A stretch of 64,000 nt of DNA from Eledone cirrhosa (GCA_964016885.1 OZ024741.1:91698001-91762000); one strand, 5' to 3'; positions 41,299 through 60,776 are shown, numbered from the stretch's first letter. Notes: a model not told the origin generated them from the sequence alone. Made by a program: numbers and translations.

Positions 41299-41934
41299 GG
41301 GGTAACAAATAATAGTTAAATACAGTCCACCTAGGTAAAGTCCAGTTATGGTATTCCAGGTAGTGGATGATATTAACGCTTGGCTTGGTTTGACTCAACA
41401 ATGCGTTTTCATAGTGATGCTGCGGGTATGCCGTAATTCCTATGTTGTAAACACTTGGAGTAATAATAAATCAGGAAAGAAGGTTGACATGGTTTGCTAT
41501 ACAAAAAAGATTTAATCACATAGCTTACATTTGTTTCACTGAGCTGGCAGCTCCTGATTTACAGACGTACATATGGTTGCCGAACACTGTACGGCGTAAT
41601 TCGGGATGTTTGTTTACAAACAAACCGAGCATTATAATAAATGTTCGGTAAACCCATACGTACATATATATATATTTGTGTGCATGTATGTATATATATA
41701 CATACTACTGTACATCTGTACACATATATGTATGCACGTATAAATACTTATATTTAGGTATCAGCCGTACTAAGAGTGAGAAATGAAATTTCGTTTCATT
41801 CTTTTCCATATATATATACACACACATATATATATATACACACATATATATGTGCACATACATAAAAACATACATACATACATACACACATACATAAATA
41901 TGTGTGTATATATGTATGCATGTATGTATGTATG

Positions 41935-43396
41935 TTATCTCTTTCTCTTAATTTCGAGTATATTGTTTGACCGGCCACCTTCCTGGTGGCAAGGTTGTAA
42001 AAGAAAAAAAATTGTCATCCCTTGAATCGCAAGAATGTTTTGCAAATTTTGAAGGTGCCAGCTATCGCAGCCATTTGTAGACTATGAATTAGGGAGCTGC
42101 GCTCTTCGTCCGTAAATCCAAGTTCAGTCATACTTTGGTCCAAGCGTGTTGGTATATAACCCGTAGCTCCAATAATGATGGTATGAAGCTAAAGGTGTAT
42201 CTTGGATACTGGATTTGTAAACTCCTCATCAATGGTCCGTAGATGTCCTCCTTCTCCTGTATTTTTCTGACAACGTTTACACAAGTGGGCAGCTGATCTC
42301 CACAACAGAACACGTTTTCAATGTGTGGTCCCAAACAACAATATCAGGCCGGTTGTGCTTTGATTTGGTGGCAGTTTTTATTTTCAGGTTCCACCAGTAT
42401 TCCTTAGTGCCATCTGACTCAATATATTCTTCCTTGTTTGTTGTTAATTTTGTTTTCCGAAGTGCGTTCCAGATGGTTCTAGCTATCCCATTGTGTCTCA
42501 TGGGGAGGTAGTAGCGAGATGACATTCTTTCGCAGCTGGCAACAATGTGGCTTACATCTTCGAACTTTGTTTTACATAGCCTACAATTATTATCAGCTGA
42601 TGGCCCTCTTCTTTTGTGCAGCAGATATTTGGTAGGGAGTTCTTGTCCCTGTATTGCATAGAGATATCCCTCAAGGTATCGGAACTCCATGCCAGGCTTT
42701 TTGACTGGTTTATCCCCTCTATGGTCTATGTTTTACGTCTCAAGTATCCATGCACAACTTTTTCTGTAAATTGGTCAATTTTTTTATCTTGTTTGAACAT
42801 TGAATAGGATCTTCCGATTTCTCTGGGTGAGAGATTTATATCAGGCTTTATTCCATATCTCTCCTCCAGATCAGTGGCTATCCTAATGATAATTTTTTTT
42901 TCATGCTCATAAACCTGGGCAAGATGGTTGCCAACCTTTTTTTCTCTGTTGAAGATGTTGCTTCAGTGTTACTATCCGGGTCTCATATGATGTTAATATG
43001 GATTTTAGACCCGGCCACCTTCCTTGCGTGAGAAGTATAGCCTATCCACATCACCATTGATGTTAAAGTTCCCAGTAACACTGAGAAGTTTTCGAGTTCT
43101 AACATCCATCTCACTTAGTTCTTGCAATGACCAGTTCAGCAGGCCAAATGTTGGCGTTAGAATTGGCACAGGATAAGTATTGTGGGCAATGTATTTGTTG
43201 TACGCTGACAGTTCTGATGACCATATTTTCTTTACTCTTCTGAGGTATTCAGTTCTGGTTCTGTCCTTATTTATGGGTCCATCATATCTGAAATTCTCAT
43301 CCTGTCCAAGATATCTGTAGTTGCCACCTGACTGTAGAGGTTGTATTGTCAGGCCGTTCATCTCTAGATTTCTAGAGGAGGGCACAGCTCTTCCAC
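41935..43396 (-). mobile_element. 5'-truncated, degenerate R4-clade element (family 3) in (TACA)n
   Basis: YRYLG..VDRLYFSRKEGGR; CRLCK..EDVSHIVASC; RHN; RPDIVVWD..VVEISCP; stop at 42015; (TACA)n on both flanks. Confidence 0.85.
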
Positions 43397-43447
43397 GTAT
43401 GTATGTATGTATGTATGTTTGTATGTATGTATATATATATATATATA

Positions 43448-45155
43448 TATGAATAAAGTTAGTCCTTCATCAGTGATCTTCCAACCATCATTGGTATTTC
43501 ATCGCTTTAAAGACCATATACCTCCGGTTGGTGCGAGCAACGGCTAAAAAAAGTCGTTGGGACACGTAAATAAAGTGGACACGAGAGTGTAAACAAACAA
43601 AGATAGTCGTTAACGATTTCACCGAATTTATATTCATGGAAATTTGGGACTTGACTCCTTCTTCCTCACTTTTCGCTGCTTCACCATCTTTATTTGTTTA
43701 CACTCTCGTGTCCCCTTTATTTACGTGTCCCAACGACTTTTTTTAGCCGTTGCTCGCACCAACCGGAGGTATATGGTCTTTAAAGCGATGAAATACCAAT
43801 GATGGTTGGAAGATCACTGATGAAGGACTAACTTTATTCATATGTAACCCATTAGCAACCACGCAGCACGTTTATTCTCATATTTACACATATTTTATTT
43901 TTTTCACGCTGTGACTCGTCTATTTCGTTCTTACTGCTTCATCTTTCTCTGTATCTTTACCCTCTCTAGCAGTCACTCTCTCTGTTAGCCTCTTCCTCAC
44001 CCTTCACTCACTCATTCTCTGTTACTACCTCTCCTCCTCCTCCTTCTTCCCGTTTGACCTATGCGTAATTCTTTTCTTTCGCACCCTTGGTCAGGCAGGT
44101 CGCTTTTTTTCTCTCTCTCTCGTCTACGATTTCACAGAACTTACGTTCACCGAATTCACAGACTAGATCCCTTCTTCCTCCCGTTAGACCTGTACAGAAT
44201 TCCTTCCTTGCTCACATTTCAACCAGGTTTGATGGTCTTTATTCTCTCTCGTTCACGATTTCACCGAATTTATATTCATGGAAATTTGGGACTTGACTCC
44301 TTCTTCCTCACTTTTCGTTGCTTCACCATCTTTGTTTGTTTACACTCGCGTCACCTTTATTTACGTGTCCCAACGACTTTTTTTAGCCGTTGCTCGCACC
44401 AACCGGAGGTATATGGTCTTTAAAGCGATGAAATACCAATGATGGTTGGAAGATCACTGATGAAGGACTAACTTTATTCATATGTAACCCATTAGCAACC
44501 ACGCAGCACGTTTATTCTCATATTTACACATATTTTTTCCCCGCTGTGACCCGTCTATTTCGTTCTTACTGCTTCCTCTTTCTCTGTATCTTTACCCTCT
44601 CTAGCAGTCACTCTCTCTGTTAGCCTCTTCCTCACCCTTCACTCACTCATTCTCTGTTACTACCTGTCCTCTTCCTCCTTCTTCCCGTTTGACCTATGCG
44701 TAATTCTTTTCTTTCGCACCCTTGGTCTGGCAGGTCGCTTTTTTTCTTTCTCTCGTCTACGATTTCACAGAACTTACGTTCACCGAATTCACAGACTAGA
44801 TCCCTTCTTCCTCCCGTTAGAACGTGTTCAGAATTCCTTCCTTGCTCACATTCCAACCAGGTTTGATGGTCTTTATTCTCCCTCGTTCACGATTTCACCG
44901 AATTTATATTCATGGAAATTTGGGACTTGACTCCTTCTTCCTTACTTTTCGTTGCTTCACCATCTTTGTTTGTTTACACTCTCGTGTCCCCTTTATTTAC
45001 GTGTCCCAACGACTTTTTTAGCCGTTGCTCGCACCAACCGGAGGTATATGGTCTTTAAAGCGATGAAATACCAATGATGGTTGGAATATCAATGATGAAG
45101 GACTAACTTTATTCATATGTAACCGATTAGCAACCATGCAGCACGTTTATTCTCA

Positions 45156-45160
<5 letters not shown>
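43448..45160 (+). mobile_element. Non-coding Penelope-like structure: inverted segment plus ~2.4 direct repeats of ~640 bp, in (TA)n
   Basis: 43448-43604 is the reverse complement of ~43686-43843. Units start ACGATTTCACCGAATT at 43613, 44255 and 44889. Confidence 0.7.
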
Positions 45161-45235
<75 letters not shown>

Positions 45236-45335
45236 CAGTGTCCATACTAAAGCACTGGGGGCGAGTGAAATTTACGATGACTGAGATTGTGGGAATAAAG
45301 TTTTATATATTGAATATTAGAATAGTTAATTTTGC

Positions 45336-45489
45336 TACTGGTATGAAGATCTTGTCTGGAAATATAAATGTAAAACTACTGAGAACTATAAAGATATGAA
45401 GCATTTGTTTTGGTACTGGTATAAAGATCTTGTCTGGAAATATAAATGTAAAACTACTGAGAACTATAAAGATATGAAGCATTTGTTTT
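45336..45489. repeat. 2 x 78-bp tandem duplication
   Basis: TACTGGTAT.AAGATCTTGTCTGG.. at 45336 and 45414. Confidence 0.9.
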
Positions 45490-45665
45490 ATATTTATGGC
45501 TGTTCCCTTATGTTCATTTAAAGTCTTCATATCACTGTCGTTGTTAGACGAAAGAAATGTAATATTGACGAGACAAATAAAAGTACGATCGCCACTTGCA
45601 ATCTTCTGTGGTTTGGTAGTATATACCATTAACTCGCTTAGGGGTGCGACCAATTTGACAGTCAT

Positions 45666-45884
45666 TTCAATAGGTCCTCTGAGGTTGATGACGAGTATAT
45701 CAACACCATTCCCTGCAGACCCACCAAAGGTGTAATGTAAGAAACTCCTTCCCCAGAGGAAGTACAAATTGCTATGAAAAAGCTGAATAATGGTACGTCA
45801 CCTGGGATGTATAGTCTCTGTGCTGAAATATTCAAATTTGGAAGTGAAAACCTACTCCGTCGTCTAACTACCGTAATCCAAAAG
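45666..45884 (+). pseudogene. RTE/BovB-like RT N-terminal fragment
   Basis: FNRSSEVDDEYINTIP..*ETPSPEEVQIAMKKLNNGTSPGMYSLCAEIFKFG. Confidence 0.7.
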
Positions 45885-46467
45885 GTAGGAGGCAAAGCAT
45901 TTCTGTGAAATTTTGATTGAAATCTGTGGAGGAAGATTTGGGCAGACATGGGTTTGGCCTGTGATCTGACACGTGACAGATTCTTGGCAGTTCTGGGTGA
46001 TCTCACGTCGCATAGTGCTTCATAGTGAACAGGAGCGACTAGCTAATTATAAGGAAGATGTATACCTGTTTACTTTGTCCCAAATTCATGCTTACAACCT
46101 ACATTCTTGATAGCTGATCGTTAAAAAACGTTAAACGCAGTGGGATTTGAAGGAACATAAACATCAAATAGTATAAGTAAATATATACTCTGGAATGCTT
46201 GCTGCATAAAAACTGTATAGTAAAGTCGATGCTGGCATACATGATGTAGTAAACTAAGAGGTTTTAATTAATTCAAATTGCACCTTAAGTAATGAGAACA
46301 ATTAGATAATTATTAGTTCTCATCACTATAGATGTTATGTTAATTAATTAACATTTTTGGTCTACTACATCAATTATACAACTGTCCACTTTGCTTTTAA
46401 ATAATCTATGTCTTTTAGACCGGCATTTCAAAATTTCTGTCTCAGTCTACTTAATACCTCTTCGTTG

Positions 46468-46650
46468 GGATGACACGTGGCTTAGTGATTAGGGTGTTTG
46501 GAATACATTCTTAGTCATAAGTTCAATTCCCAGCAGCGTGTTGTGTCCTTGACCAAAACACTATATTTCACGTTGCTCTAGTCCACTCAGTGGGAGTCAA
46601 ATAAATTGTACTTGTAATTCAAGAGAAAACCAGATTTCGTTAAGACTGTG
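46468..46650 (+). mobile_element. tRNA-derived SINE, degenerate
   Basis: TGGCTTAGTGATTAG A box, GTTCAATTCC B box, GTGTTGTGTCCTTGA..CACGTTGCTCTAGTCCACTCAG. Confidence 0.7.
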
Positions 46651-46657
46651 TAATAGT

Positions 46658-46863
46658 GATTCCTGATTTAGGCACAAGGCCAGCAATTTTGAGGGAGAGG
46701 AAAGTCGATTAAATCGACCTCAGTGTGTTACTGGTGCTTTATTTATCGACCCCGTAAGGATGAAAGGCTAAGCTAATCTCGGCGGGATTTGAACTCAGAC
46801 CGTAAAGGGACGTAACTCTATGCTGCAAAGTATGGCGTCCGACTCTCTAGCGATACTGCCAAT
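46658..46863 (-). mobile_element. tRNA-derived SINE (family of 62244), head cut at (AAT)n
   Basis: Reverse complement aligns with 62253-62420. Confidence 0.85.
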
Positions 46864-46887
46864 AATAATAATAATAATAATAATAAT

Positions 46888-52687
<5,800 letters not shown>

Positions 52688-53993
52688 GGGAAGAAGACGC
52701 ACGAGGTGACGGAGGTCATGAAATCGCTCCCGTAAGTTTTGAATTTTTAACATATTTAAATCATTTGTGAAATAACAACTCTTAGTACAAATGCTACGTA
52801 AAGCACCCGGCTTGAGCCCCAAAAAATTCGGACCCAAAATATATTGTTATAAGGCTCAAATATTCAAATATTCAACTTTGTATTGTACACTGTATATCCA
52901 AAAAAAAATGGCTATAAATGGAAGAAGAAGAACCCCCCCCCCCTCCTCTCCTCTGGCTACACTATATAGGACAGCTAAACTCACCAACACCAGAAACTAG
53001 ATACACCGCCCACCCCATCATCTGTGTACACTAAACACAACAGCATTTTCACCTTCACCGCCACCGCTCACTACGGCCATCATTACCACCACTATCCCAT
53101 CACCGCCGCCACCACCCCTTGACTCCTTCACTGCTGCTGCCACCGCTACAGCACCATCACTACAGTAATACGGCTCAAATATTCAAATATTCAACTTTGT
53201 ATTGTACACTGTATATCCAAAAAAAAATAAAATAAATAAAATGGCTATAAATGGAAGAAGAAGAACCCCCCCCCCCCCCCTCCTCTCCTCTGGCTACACT
53301 ATATAGGACAGCGAAACTCACCAACACCAGAAACTAGATACACCACCCACCCCATCATCTGTGTACACTAAACACAACAGCATTTTCACCTTCACCGCCA
53401 CCGCTCACTACGGCCATCATTACCACCACTATCCCATCACCGCCGCCACCACCCCCTGACTCCTTCACTGCTGCTGCCACCGCTACAGCACCATCACTAC
53501 AGTAATACGGTCGCATCACCGCCACCACTGCCTCGGTATCGACATCACCGCCACCACTGTCTCAGTATCGCCAACGCCGCTAGTCTCTGCTGGCTACCAC
53601 TTCCACATTATAGAATTCCTACTACTAACAAAGAGGAAGGCATCAAAATATATAGATAGACTCAAAAGAAAAAAGAAAAAACAAACAACAAAAGCAGCAC
53701 AGCAACAACAGTAAAAAACGAGAAAAACATAGAAAAACAAAAACAAAAAAAGAAACCCCAAAAACGGAAAGAAAATAAGAATGAAGAGAGAAGCAGGCGG
53801 ACGGACAGAGAAGAGGGGGGAAAAAGTAAAACTTAAAAAACAAAAACTAAGTCAGACATTCGAATACTACATTACAATGAAACTTATGCTTATTCATTTT
53901 TGGGGCCCTTTCTGCCCGTGTGTTTGTTTGTTTATGTGTGTCCGTATACAGCGTGGTGATAATGCCACACAAGGAACTGCCATGAAGTCAAAG
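52688..53993 (+). mobile_element. Dong family 1 copy 5: leader plus a 21-nt remnant of the ORF 3' end
   Basis: Leader nearly identical to 47756-49036, then GGAACTGCCATGAAGTCAAAG (= 8056-8076). Confidence 0.8.
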
Positions 53994-54610
53994 GGAAGAA
54001 GACGCACGAGGTGGTAGAAGGTCATGAAATCGCTCTCGTAAGTTTTTGATTTTTAACATATTTAAATCAATTGTGAAATAACAATTCTTAGTACAAATGT
54101 TGCATAAACCACCGAGACAAGTCCCATAAAATTTCGGATCCATATTATATTGTTATATCGCTCAAATATTCAATTTTGTATTATATATTTTGCATTCAAA
54201 AAAGAAAATGGTTATAAATGGAAGAAAACACCCTTTGTCTACACTATATAGAACAGCCAAATAACAGCAATTTCACCAAAACCAGAAACTTGATACACCA
54301 CCTACCCCATCACACTAAATATAACAGCCAGATAATGGCAATTTCACCACCACCACCATCAATCCCAGCATCATAATAATAATTACTATTATTATTGTCT
54401 CAAGTTTTTTAGAAAATGTTTAATCTCAATTTTACGGGAATATGTCAACACAATATATATTAAACATACGCGACACACACTCATATATACTACATATCAC
54501 AAAACTCAGTAACGTCAAAGCCACCGCCGCCACCACCCCACCCATCCATCATTGCTACCACTATCCCATCACCGGCGCCACCACTCTTTCATTGCTACCA
54601 CCACTATTCC
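53990..54610 (+). repeat. Diverged paralogue of the Dong leader
   Basis: Starts AAAGGGAAGAAGACGCACGAGG; collinear with 47754-48200, with many substitutions and an insert. Confidence 0.75.
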
Positions 54611-54984
54611 CCTGTTAACTTGAGAGAGAAAGGGGAAGGTAGCGGTATCACTAGACAAGGGAGAGGCTAGCAAAAGATATAAATAGATTGACTTAGTGAC
54701 CTGGCCACCGGCCAAACGTCAACATCAACAACTATGGCACTGCTAGCTCACCCCTTCCTCACCAACAATATAAAAATCCCCAGCACCACCACCGACATAG
54801 CCAACAACAATAACAGGCAACTTCAGCAAAAAGTATATTATATTATTGCAATGCACTGGGTGATTGCTGGCCTTGTGCCTGGAGTGGAGACAATTATTAA
54901 TAATTTCATTCTTAAGCCACGCAATGCTCACATTAAGGAACCACTCATGATAATAACAATTTTAAAAAAACAACAAAAAGAAAA

Positions 54985-57900
54985 CCCCGTGACCAAGAAA
55001 TACCGGGATGGCGGCCGGCGGGGAATAGCCGTGTCTCTAGGGGAGAACGACCCCTCTAGTCTTGGTTGACACTCGTTCTAGAAGTGGTAACACGAAATGA
55101 TTACCCCTTGGCGGATAAGGATAAAACGCGACAAAATAAAGTAAATGTCTAATGATAAAATCTCATACCGGATCGGCCGTCACCCGGGTAAAAAAGGGCC
55201 GCGTCCCTCAGAGAGGAACCAGACTGGGGTCGAAAAATCAGCTAATGGTTCAAACCTTCCCATCACTTCGGAGCTGGAGACCTCCCATAACCGGAATACT
55301 CCTACTGTTGGCCCTCCATGCTCACCACCAAGAAATCCAAAGAAAAAGAGAGAAAAATGGTCAAGGGAAGATAATAAAGAAGTCCTTGAGGCTTTCTACA
55401 CTGCCATGTACTACCCATCAAATACATCGAATACAGAACAGACATATATCAACTGGAAAAAGAAACATCCCGAAAACAGAGGCTATATTGACAGTAACAA
55501 ACTAGCCAATATACGAAGAAATATTGTAAGAAAAAAGTTACTAACTGATATAGAAATTGATCAGATCAAGCTATTAGCACAAAGTCAGCGAAGGGAAAAT
55601 GAAACATGTGTCAGTGAAAACGAGGTAAATTGTAACACTTCGAATCCCAGGGTTGGGGCGGAATCACTGGCAACAGAACAAATTAAAGAAAGGATCGAAA
55701 AAGTGGAGGGAGTGCATGCTCAAGATGAAACTCCAAATGAAAATAATGAGATCGTAAATGATAAAGAAATGAATGAGAATGAACTTGCCAACTTGAAGGA
55801 TGAAATTATGATCGAATGGATGAAAATGAAAGAATCTGACATGGGGCAACGAGACACTCTCCCTAAGATCCAGAACTCCAAACAGAACCAAAAGATAATA
55901 CACAAGACTAACATAATTCTCAAAAACATTATCATCACAAACAAACTAAACATTACTGATTTAAATCATCTCTATTATGCATCGGCTAAAGTCACCACTC
56001 ACTTATGTGGAGTGAAGATGAAAAAACAAAGGAATTCCCACAAGAAATCTACTTGGCAAGAGAACATCAATCGCCAAATAAACCTTCTCCGATCTGACAT
56101 AGAAATTTTAACAAACTATAAAGTAGGTGAACATGTTAAACAAACTAAACTTAGAAAATTGAAAAAAAAGTACAGTATAAAATCAACAAGTGACATAGAC
56201 ATGCTGATAGAAATAATCAAACAAAAAGTGTCGGCCAAAGCTGCTCGTATAAGGCGCTTTGAAAAACGATCTAGATTCTATAAGGACAATAATATGTTCA
56301 AAAACAACCAAGGAAACTTCTACAGAAAAATTGGTAAGTCAACAATAACTGCTAAATCAATACCACCCAAGGAGGAAGTGCAAGAATTCTGGGAAAAGAT
56401 CTGGGCCGAAGAAAAAGTTCATAACATACATGCCCCATGGATAGACAGACAAATGAAAGATACAGCTCACCTTGAGGAACAAATATGGGAAAATATAATA
56501 GTCGAACAGTTGCGCTTGGCTCTAAGAAAAACCAGCAAATGGAAATCCCCAGGAAAAGACAAAATACAAAACATTTTGATAAATGCCTTCACAGAGTCTC
56601 ATGAGCTGTTAGCCCAACTTTACAATGAAATAGTTAAGGAGCCAGAAAAGATACCATCATGGCTAGTTAACGGCATTACATTCCTGCTTCCGAAGAATGA
56701 TGAGACAAACAATCCCCAAAATTACAGACCGATAACTTGCTTGACCACAATGTATAAAATGTTAACATCAGTCCTAACTGAATACACATATGACCACCTG
56801 ATAACAAATGACCTATTTCCCATTGAGCAGAAAGGGTGTAAACGAGGCTCATATGGCTGTAAGGATCAGCTTCTGGTTAACAAAATGATACTGGAAGATT
56901 GTCATAATAGACACAAAAATCTATTGATTGCTTGGATAGATTATAAAAAAGCATTCGATAGTTTGCCACACAGTTGGATTGAAAAATGTTTAGAGATTTT
57001 CAAAATATCCCCCGTTGTCAGGAGGTTTTTGTCATTCAGTATGAAGACATGGAAAACGACACTCCTTTTGAATAGTGAAACAAAATCACTGGAAGCTGGA
57101 GAGGTTAATATTTATTGTGGAATTTTTCAGGGTGACTCTTTATCACCGCTTTTATTCTGCATCGCACTTATACCATTAAGTAAAATGCTCAATGAAACAA
57201 AACATGGATATAAAGTCTATGACAAAACCATTAATCACTTGTTCTACATGGATGACCTGAAACTATTTGCAAAAAATGATGAACAATTGCAAGGGCTATT
57301 ATCCACTGTGGAGCAGTTCAGTGATGACATTAAAATGGAGTTTGGACTAGACAAATGCGCCAAAGCAACGTTCACCAGAGGAAAGCTGCTGAAGAGTTCA
57401 GACATTAATCTTGATCGGGGGAACGTGATAAGAGAACTTGATCAAGAAAAAACTTACAAATATCTAGGTGTTTGTGAAGGAGACGGAATCAAGCACTCGA
57501 CAATGAGGGAAAGGATAAGGAAGGAATGTTACCGCAGAGTAAGTGCAATCTTAAGAAGGGAATTGAATGCAAGGAATAGGATCGATGCCATAAACACGCT
57601 TGCCATACCAGTAGTAACCTACAGTTACAATGTCATCAACTGGTCAAGCACAGAGATCCGTAGGCTCGATACAAAAATTCGAAAACTCTTAACCATGCAC
57701 AGAATGCATCACCCTAAGGCAGATATAGATAGAATATATCTCCCTAGGAAAGAAGGGGGACGTGGGTTAATCCAGTTAGACATTGCGTTGAAAACTGCAA
57801 CAATTGGATTATCTACATATCTAAGGGAATCACATGATTGGATGATCAAACTCGTTTTGAAACACGAAAGCATCAAAAGATCATATTCCATTACAAAAGA

Positions 57901-58734
57901 TGCACAAAGATACAGTAATGGACTACAAATTTCAGAAGTCCCATTTACTGCTGAAATGGAAAACACAAGCCAACATAATAAAAAATGGATGCAGCCCATT
58001 ATGCTGTGTATGCAAAAAACAACCAGAGACCATTGACCATATAATTTCAATGTGCAGTCCTATAGCTCCAACCGAATACCTAAACAGGCATGACAGAGCT
58101 GCACAATACATACATTGGATAATGTGTAAGCATTTTGACCTGCCCCATCAAAAGAATTGGTGGGAGCATCAACCACCTCCCATACTTGAAAAAGATCACA
58201 TCTCAATCTTGTGGAAATTTAGCATCCAAACAGACCGAAAAATAGATGCAAATAGACCTGATATAATATTGAAGGACTTCAAAAAGAGGGTATGCCTGCT
58301 AATTGATATGACCGTTCCAATAGACAAGAATGTATCTATAAAAACATTTGAAAAATTGAGCAAGTATAAGGACCTGGAGATAGAAATTGGAAAAATGTGG
58401 AAATTGAGAACTAAAACAATACCAGTGGTTGTAGGCGCTCTGGGAATGATACCTAAGGGGTCTAATGATTACTTATCGCAAATCCCAGGAAACCCGCGTA
58501 TAGGAGAAATACAAAAGATAGTACTAATGGGAACTGCCCATATACTAAGGAAGATTCTGTCAATATAAGTACATCACAAGTCTAAACACTAAAGATGCAT
58601 GTGTGAGTATGTATGTTCTTTCTTGAACATGGCGGACCTTGTTGTCTCTTGAGGTCACTGGTTGTGACTTGGTGATAACTCGTATGAACATAAAGCAAGA
58701 TAAATGCAACTGTAATAATAATAATAATAATAAT
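54985..58734 (+). mobile_element. Dong/R4 family 2, near full length, (TAA)n tail
   Basis: Structured 5'UTR, RT-RLE ORF, 3'UTR, tail at 58713-58734. Confidence 0.9.
55145..58568 (+). pseudogene. Dong family 2 RT-RLE ORF with internal deletion/frameshift near 57975
   Basis: REKWSREDN; QGDSLSPLLF; FYMDDLKL; CCVC..ETIDHIISMC; RHD; RPDIIL. The segment equivalent to LHS..WL..G.L..EG..AAQEQ is missing. Confidence 0.9.
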
Positions 58735-59300
58735 CCTCACTATGACGACGATGCAACATGGTCGATGACGGTCAGCTCTTTCACTATGGCAACGACGATG
58801 ATTGTGACTAGGATTGGAATAGTAACACCGAAGCAGGATTTAAGATGTTTTCCAATGTTTGTGTATAATATGTTCATGTCCTACAAACACTTATGTATAC
58901 ATATAATTGTGATATAAGTATAAGCTTGTATATGTATAACCTCGTATATGTATGTGTATAACGCTCGTGTATGTATATGTATAATTCTCGTGCCAGTTTA
59001 TTCTACGAATTATAATTTAAGATGTTTTCGAATGTATAATTGTTGTTCTTCCTATAGTGGTTATTTTTCTTCTATTTCTGTACATATATATGATCAAATA
59101 TGCACATAAACCAAAACATACGTACACACATACATTCTCTCTACCACGTTTAAGTACATAATCACACAAACACATTGAAACACATGCGTATACTATTTAT
59201 GTAATACATCGTCTATCTGTCTGCCTTACCTCACGCTCTCTCTCTCTCTCTAAATATATATATATATGTGTGTGTCTGTGTTTATGTGTGTGCGTGTGTA

Positions 59301-59378
<78 letters not shown>

Positions 59379-59759
59379 CGTATATATATATAACACGCAC
59401 ATACACATATACATATAATAATCATGTACACACATATGCATAATTCAGTTGTATATGGAAGTTTCCGGTACAAATCGGCCCATAAAATGGCAGTGAAAGT
59501 GTTAATGGCAGAACATTTATCGAGTCCACAAATTTATAATAATGGTTTTGTGTAGACTACGAGATTTTTGCATGTCTGTGATCTTTGTATCTGATACACT
59601 GGCAGAGATAGCTAAAACTTAGTGGAAGTATTCACTTCTAATGTAACCAAATAAAAGTTTCAAAAACGATTCATTGATTAAGCTTCATCACTCTTCCTGA
59701 ATTATTTTGGTAAAATGCAAAATCGTAGCAACACAGTATATGTGATGGAAACTCAGTCG

Positions 59760-60285
59760 CTTCTGACGAAGAATGCTTCAGCTATTCGATCAATGGAACA
59801 TCCTGCTCGTGAAATGAACTCACAAGTGACTGAATATTTGACAGACACATGTTCCCAGTCTGTCCGTGAAGTTAACGGGCGGCTGGTTGAGCATTCCACA
59901 GACACATGTACTCTTAACGTAGTACTAAGTTTCAGCTTGATACAGTAAATGGCAAGGCTGACTCTTTGAATTACAAGTACAACATATTTTAGTGTATGTG
60001 TTGGAATCTCCGTCAGTTCTGACGGGCAATGGAGCAGCCTATCTGTGAACTTAACGTGCAAGTGACTGAGCATTCCACAGTTACGAGTTCACTTGATATA
60101 GTTCTCAAGGAGATTCAGCGTAACACACTGTGTAACAGCTGACTCTTTAATTTACAATTACAACTCATCTTGTTTGCCAGTTGAGTAGACTGGGGAAACG
60201 TGAAGTAGTGTTTCTTGCTGAAGGATGCGATGCGTCACCGGGAATCAAACTCATGAGCTTACGGTCGTGATCTGAACACTTACCG
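59760..60285 (-). mobile_element. Three tandem/nested fragments of a cephalopod-type SINE
   Basis: Repeated GTGACTGA.CATTCCACAG/ACACATGT blocks; tRNA-like head at ~60235-60285 matching 46468. The family name is from recall. Confidence 0.6.
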
Positions 60286-60503
60286 AATATCTTCTCGAAA
60301 GTTTCAACGATGCAGAGTGAACCATAATTTGAGCTTCATAAAGATATTGTAATTCAATAGACCAGAGCTTATGCAACAGAAAACAAACAGTAAATGAAAT
60401 ATGTTATAATTATTCAGAAAGTCTTATTGTACCTAAATATCACTTGTTAATTTTTTTTCTCTATAAATTACATTAAGTGAATAAATAGATAAATAAAACA
60501 ATA

Positions 60504-60670
60504 GGCGTGAGCACAGCAGGGTCGTTAATGAGTTCAATCGACAACCGCCTGGTACATAGTTTGTTCCCATGGAGCGGCTCATTGGATGAGTGCAGTCTAA
60601 TATAGCTACGGGTCGACTAATGCCCTGTACGTAGGATTTGCTACATGGAAACCGCAGAAGCCCGCCGTAT
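60504..60670 (+). mobile_element. Degenerate SINE ending in (TA)n
   Basis: TATAGCTACGGGTCGACTAATGCCCTG..GGATTTG..GGAAACCGCAGAAGCCCGCCGTATAT resembles a common octopus SINE body (recall). Confidence 0.5.
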
Positions 60671-60685
60671 ATAATATATATATGC

Positions 60686-60776
<91 letters not shown>

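Noticed and set aside
41510-41560. GAAACAAATGTA half-hammerhead on -
   Set aside because: No CUGANGA upstream.
41971-43024. 14-nt direct repeat CCGGCCACCTTCCT at 41971 and 43011 as a TSD
   Set aside because: Both copies are inside the element (3'UTR hairpin and KEGGR codons); likely coincidence.
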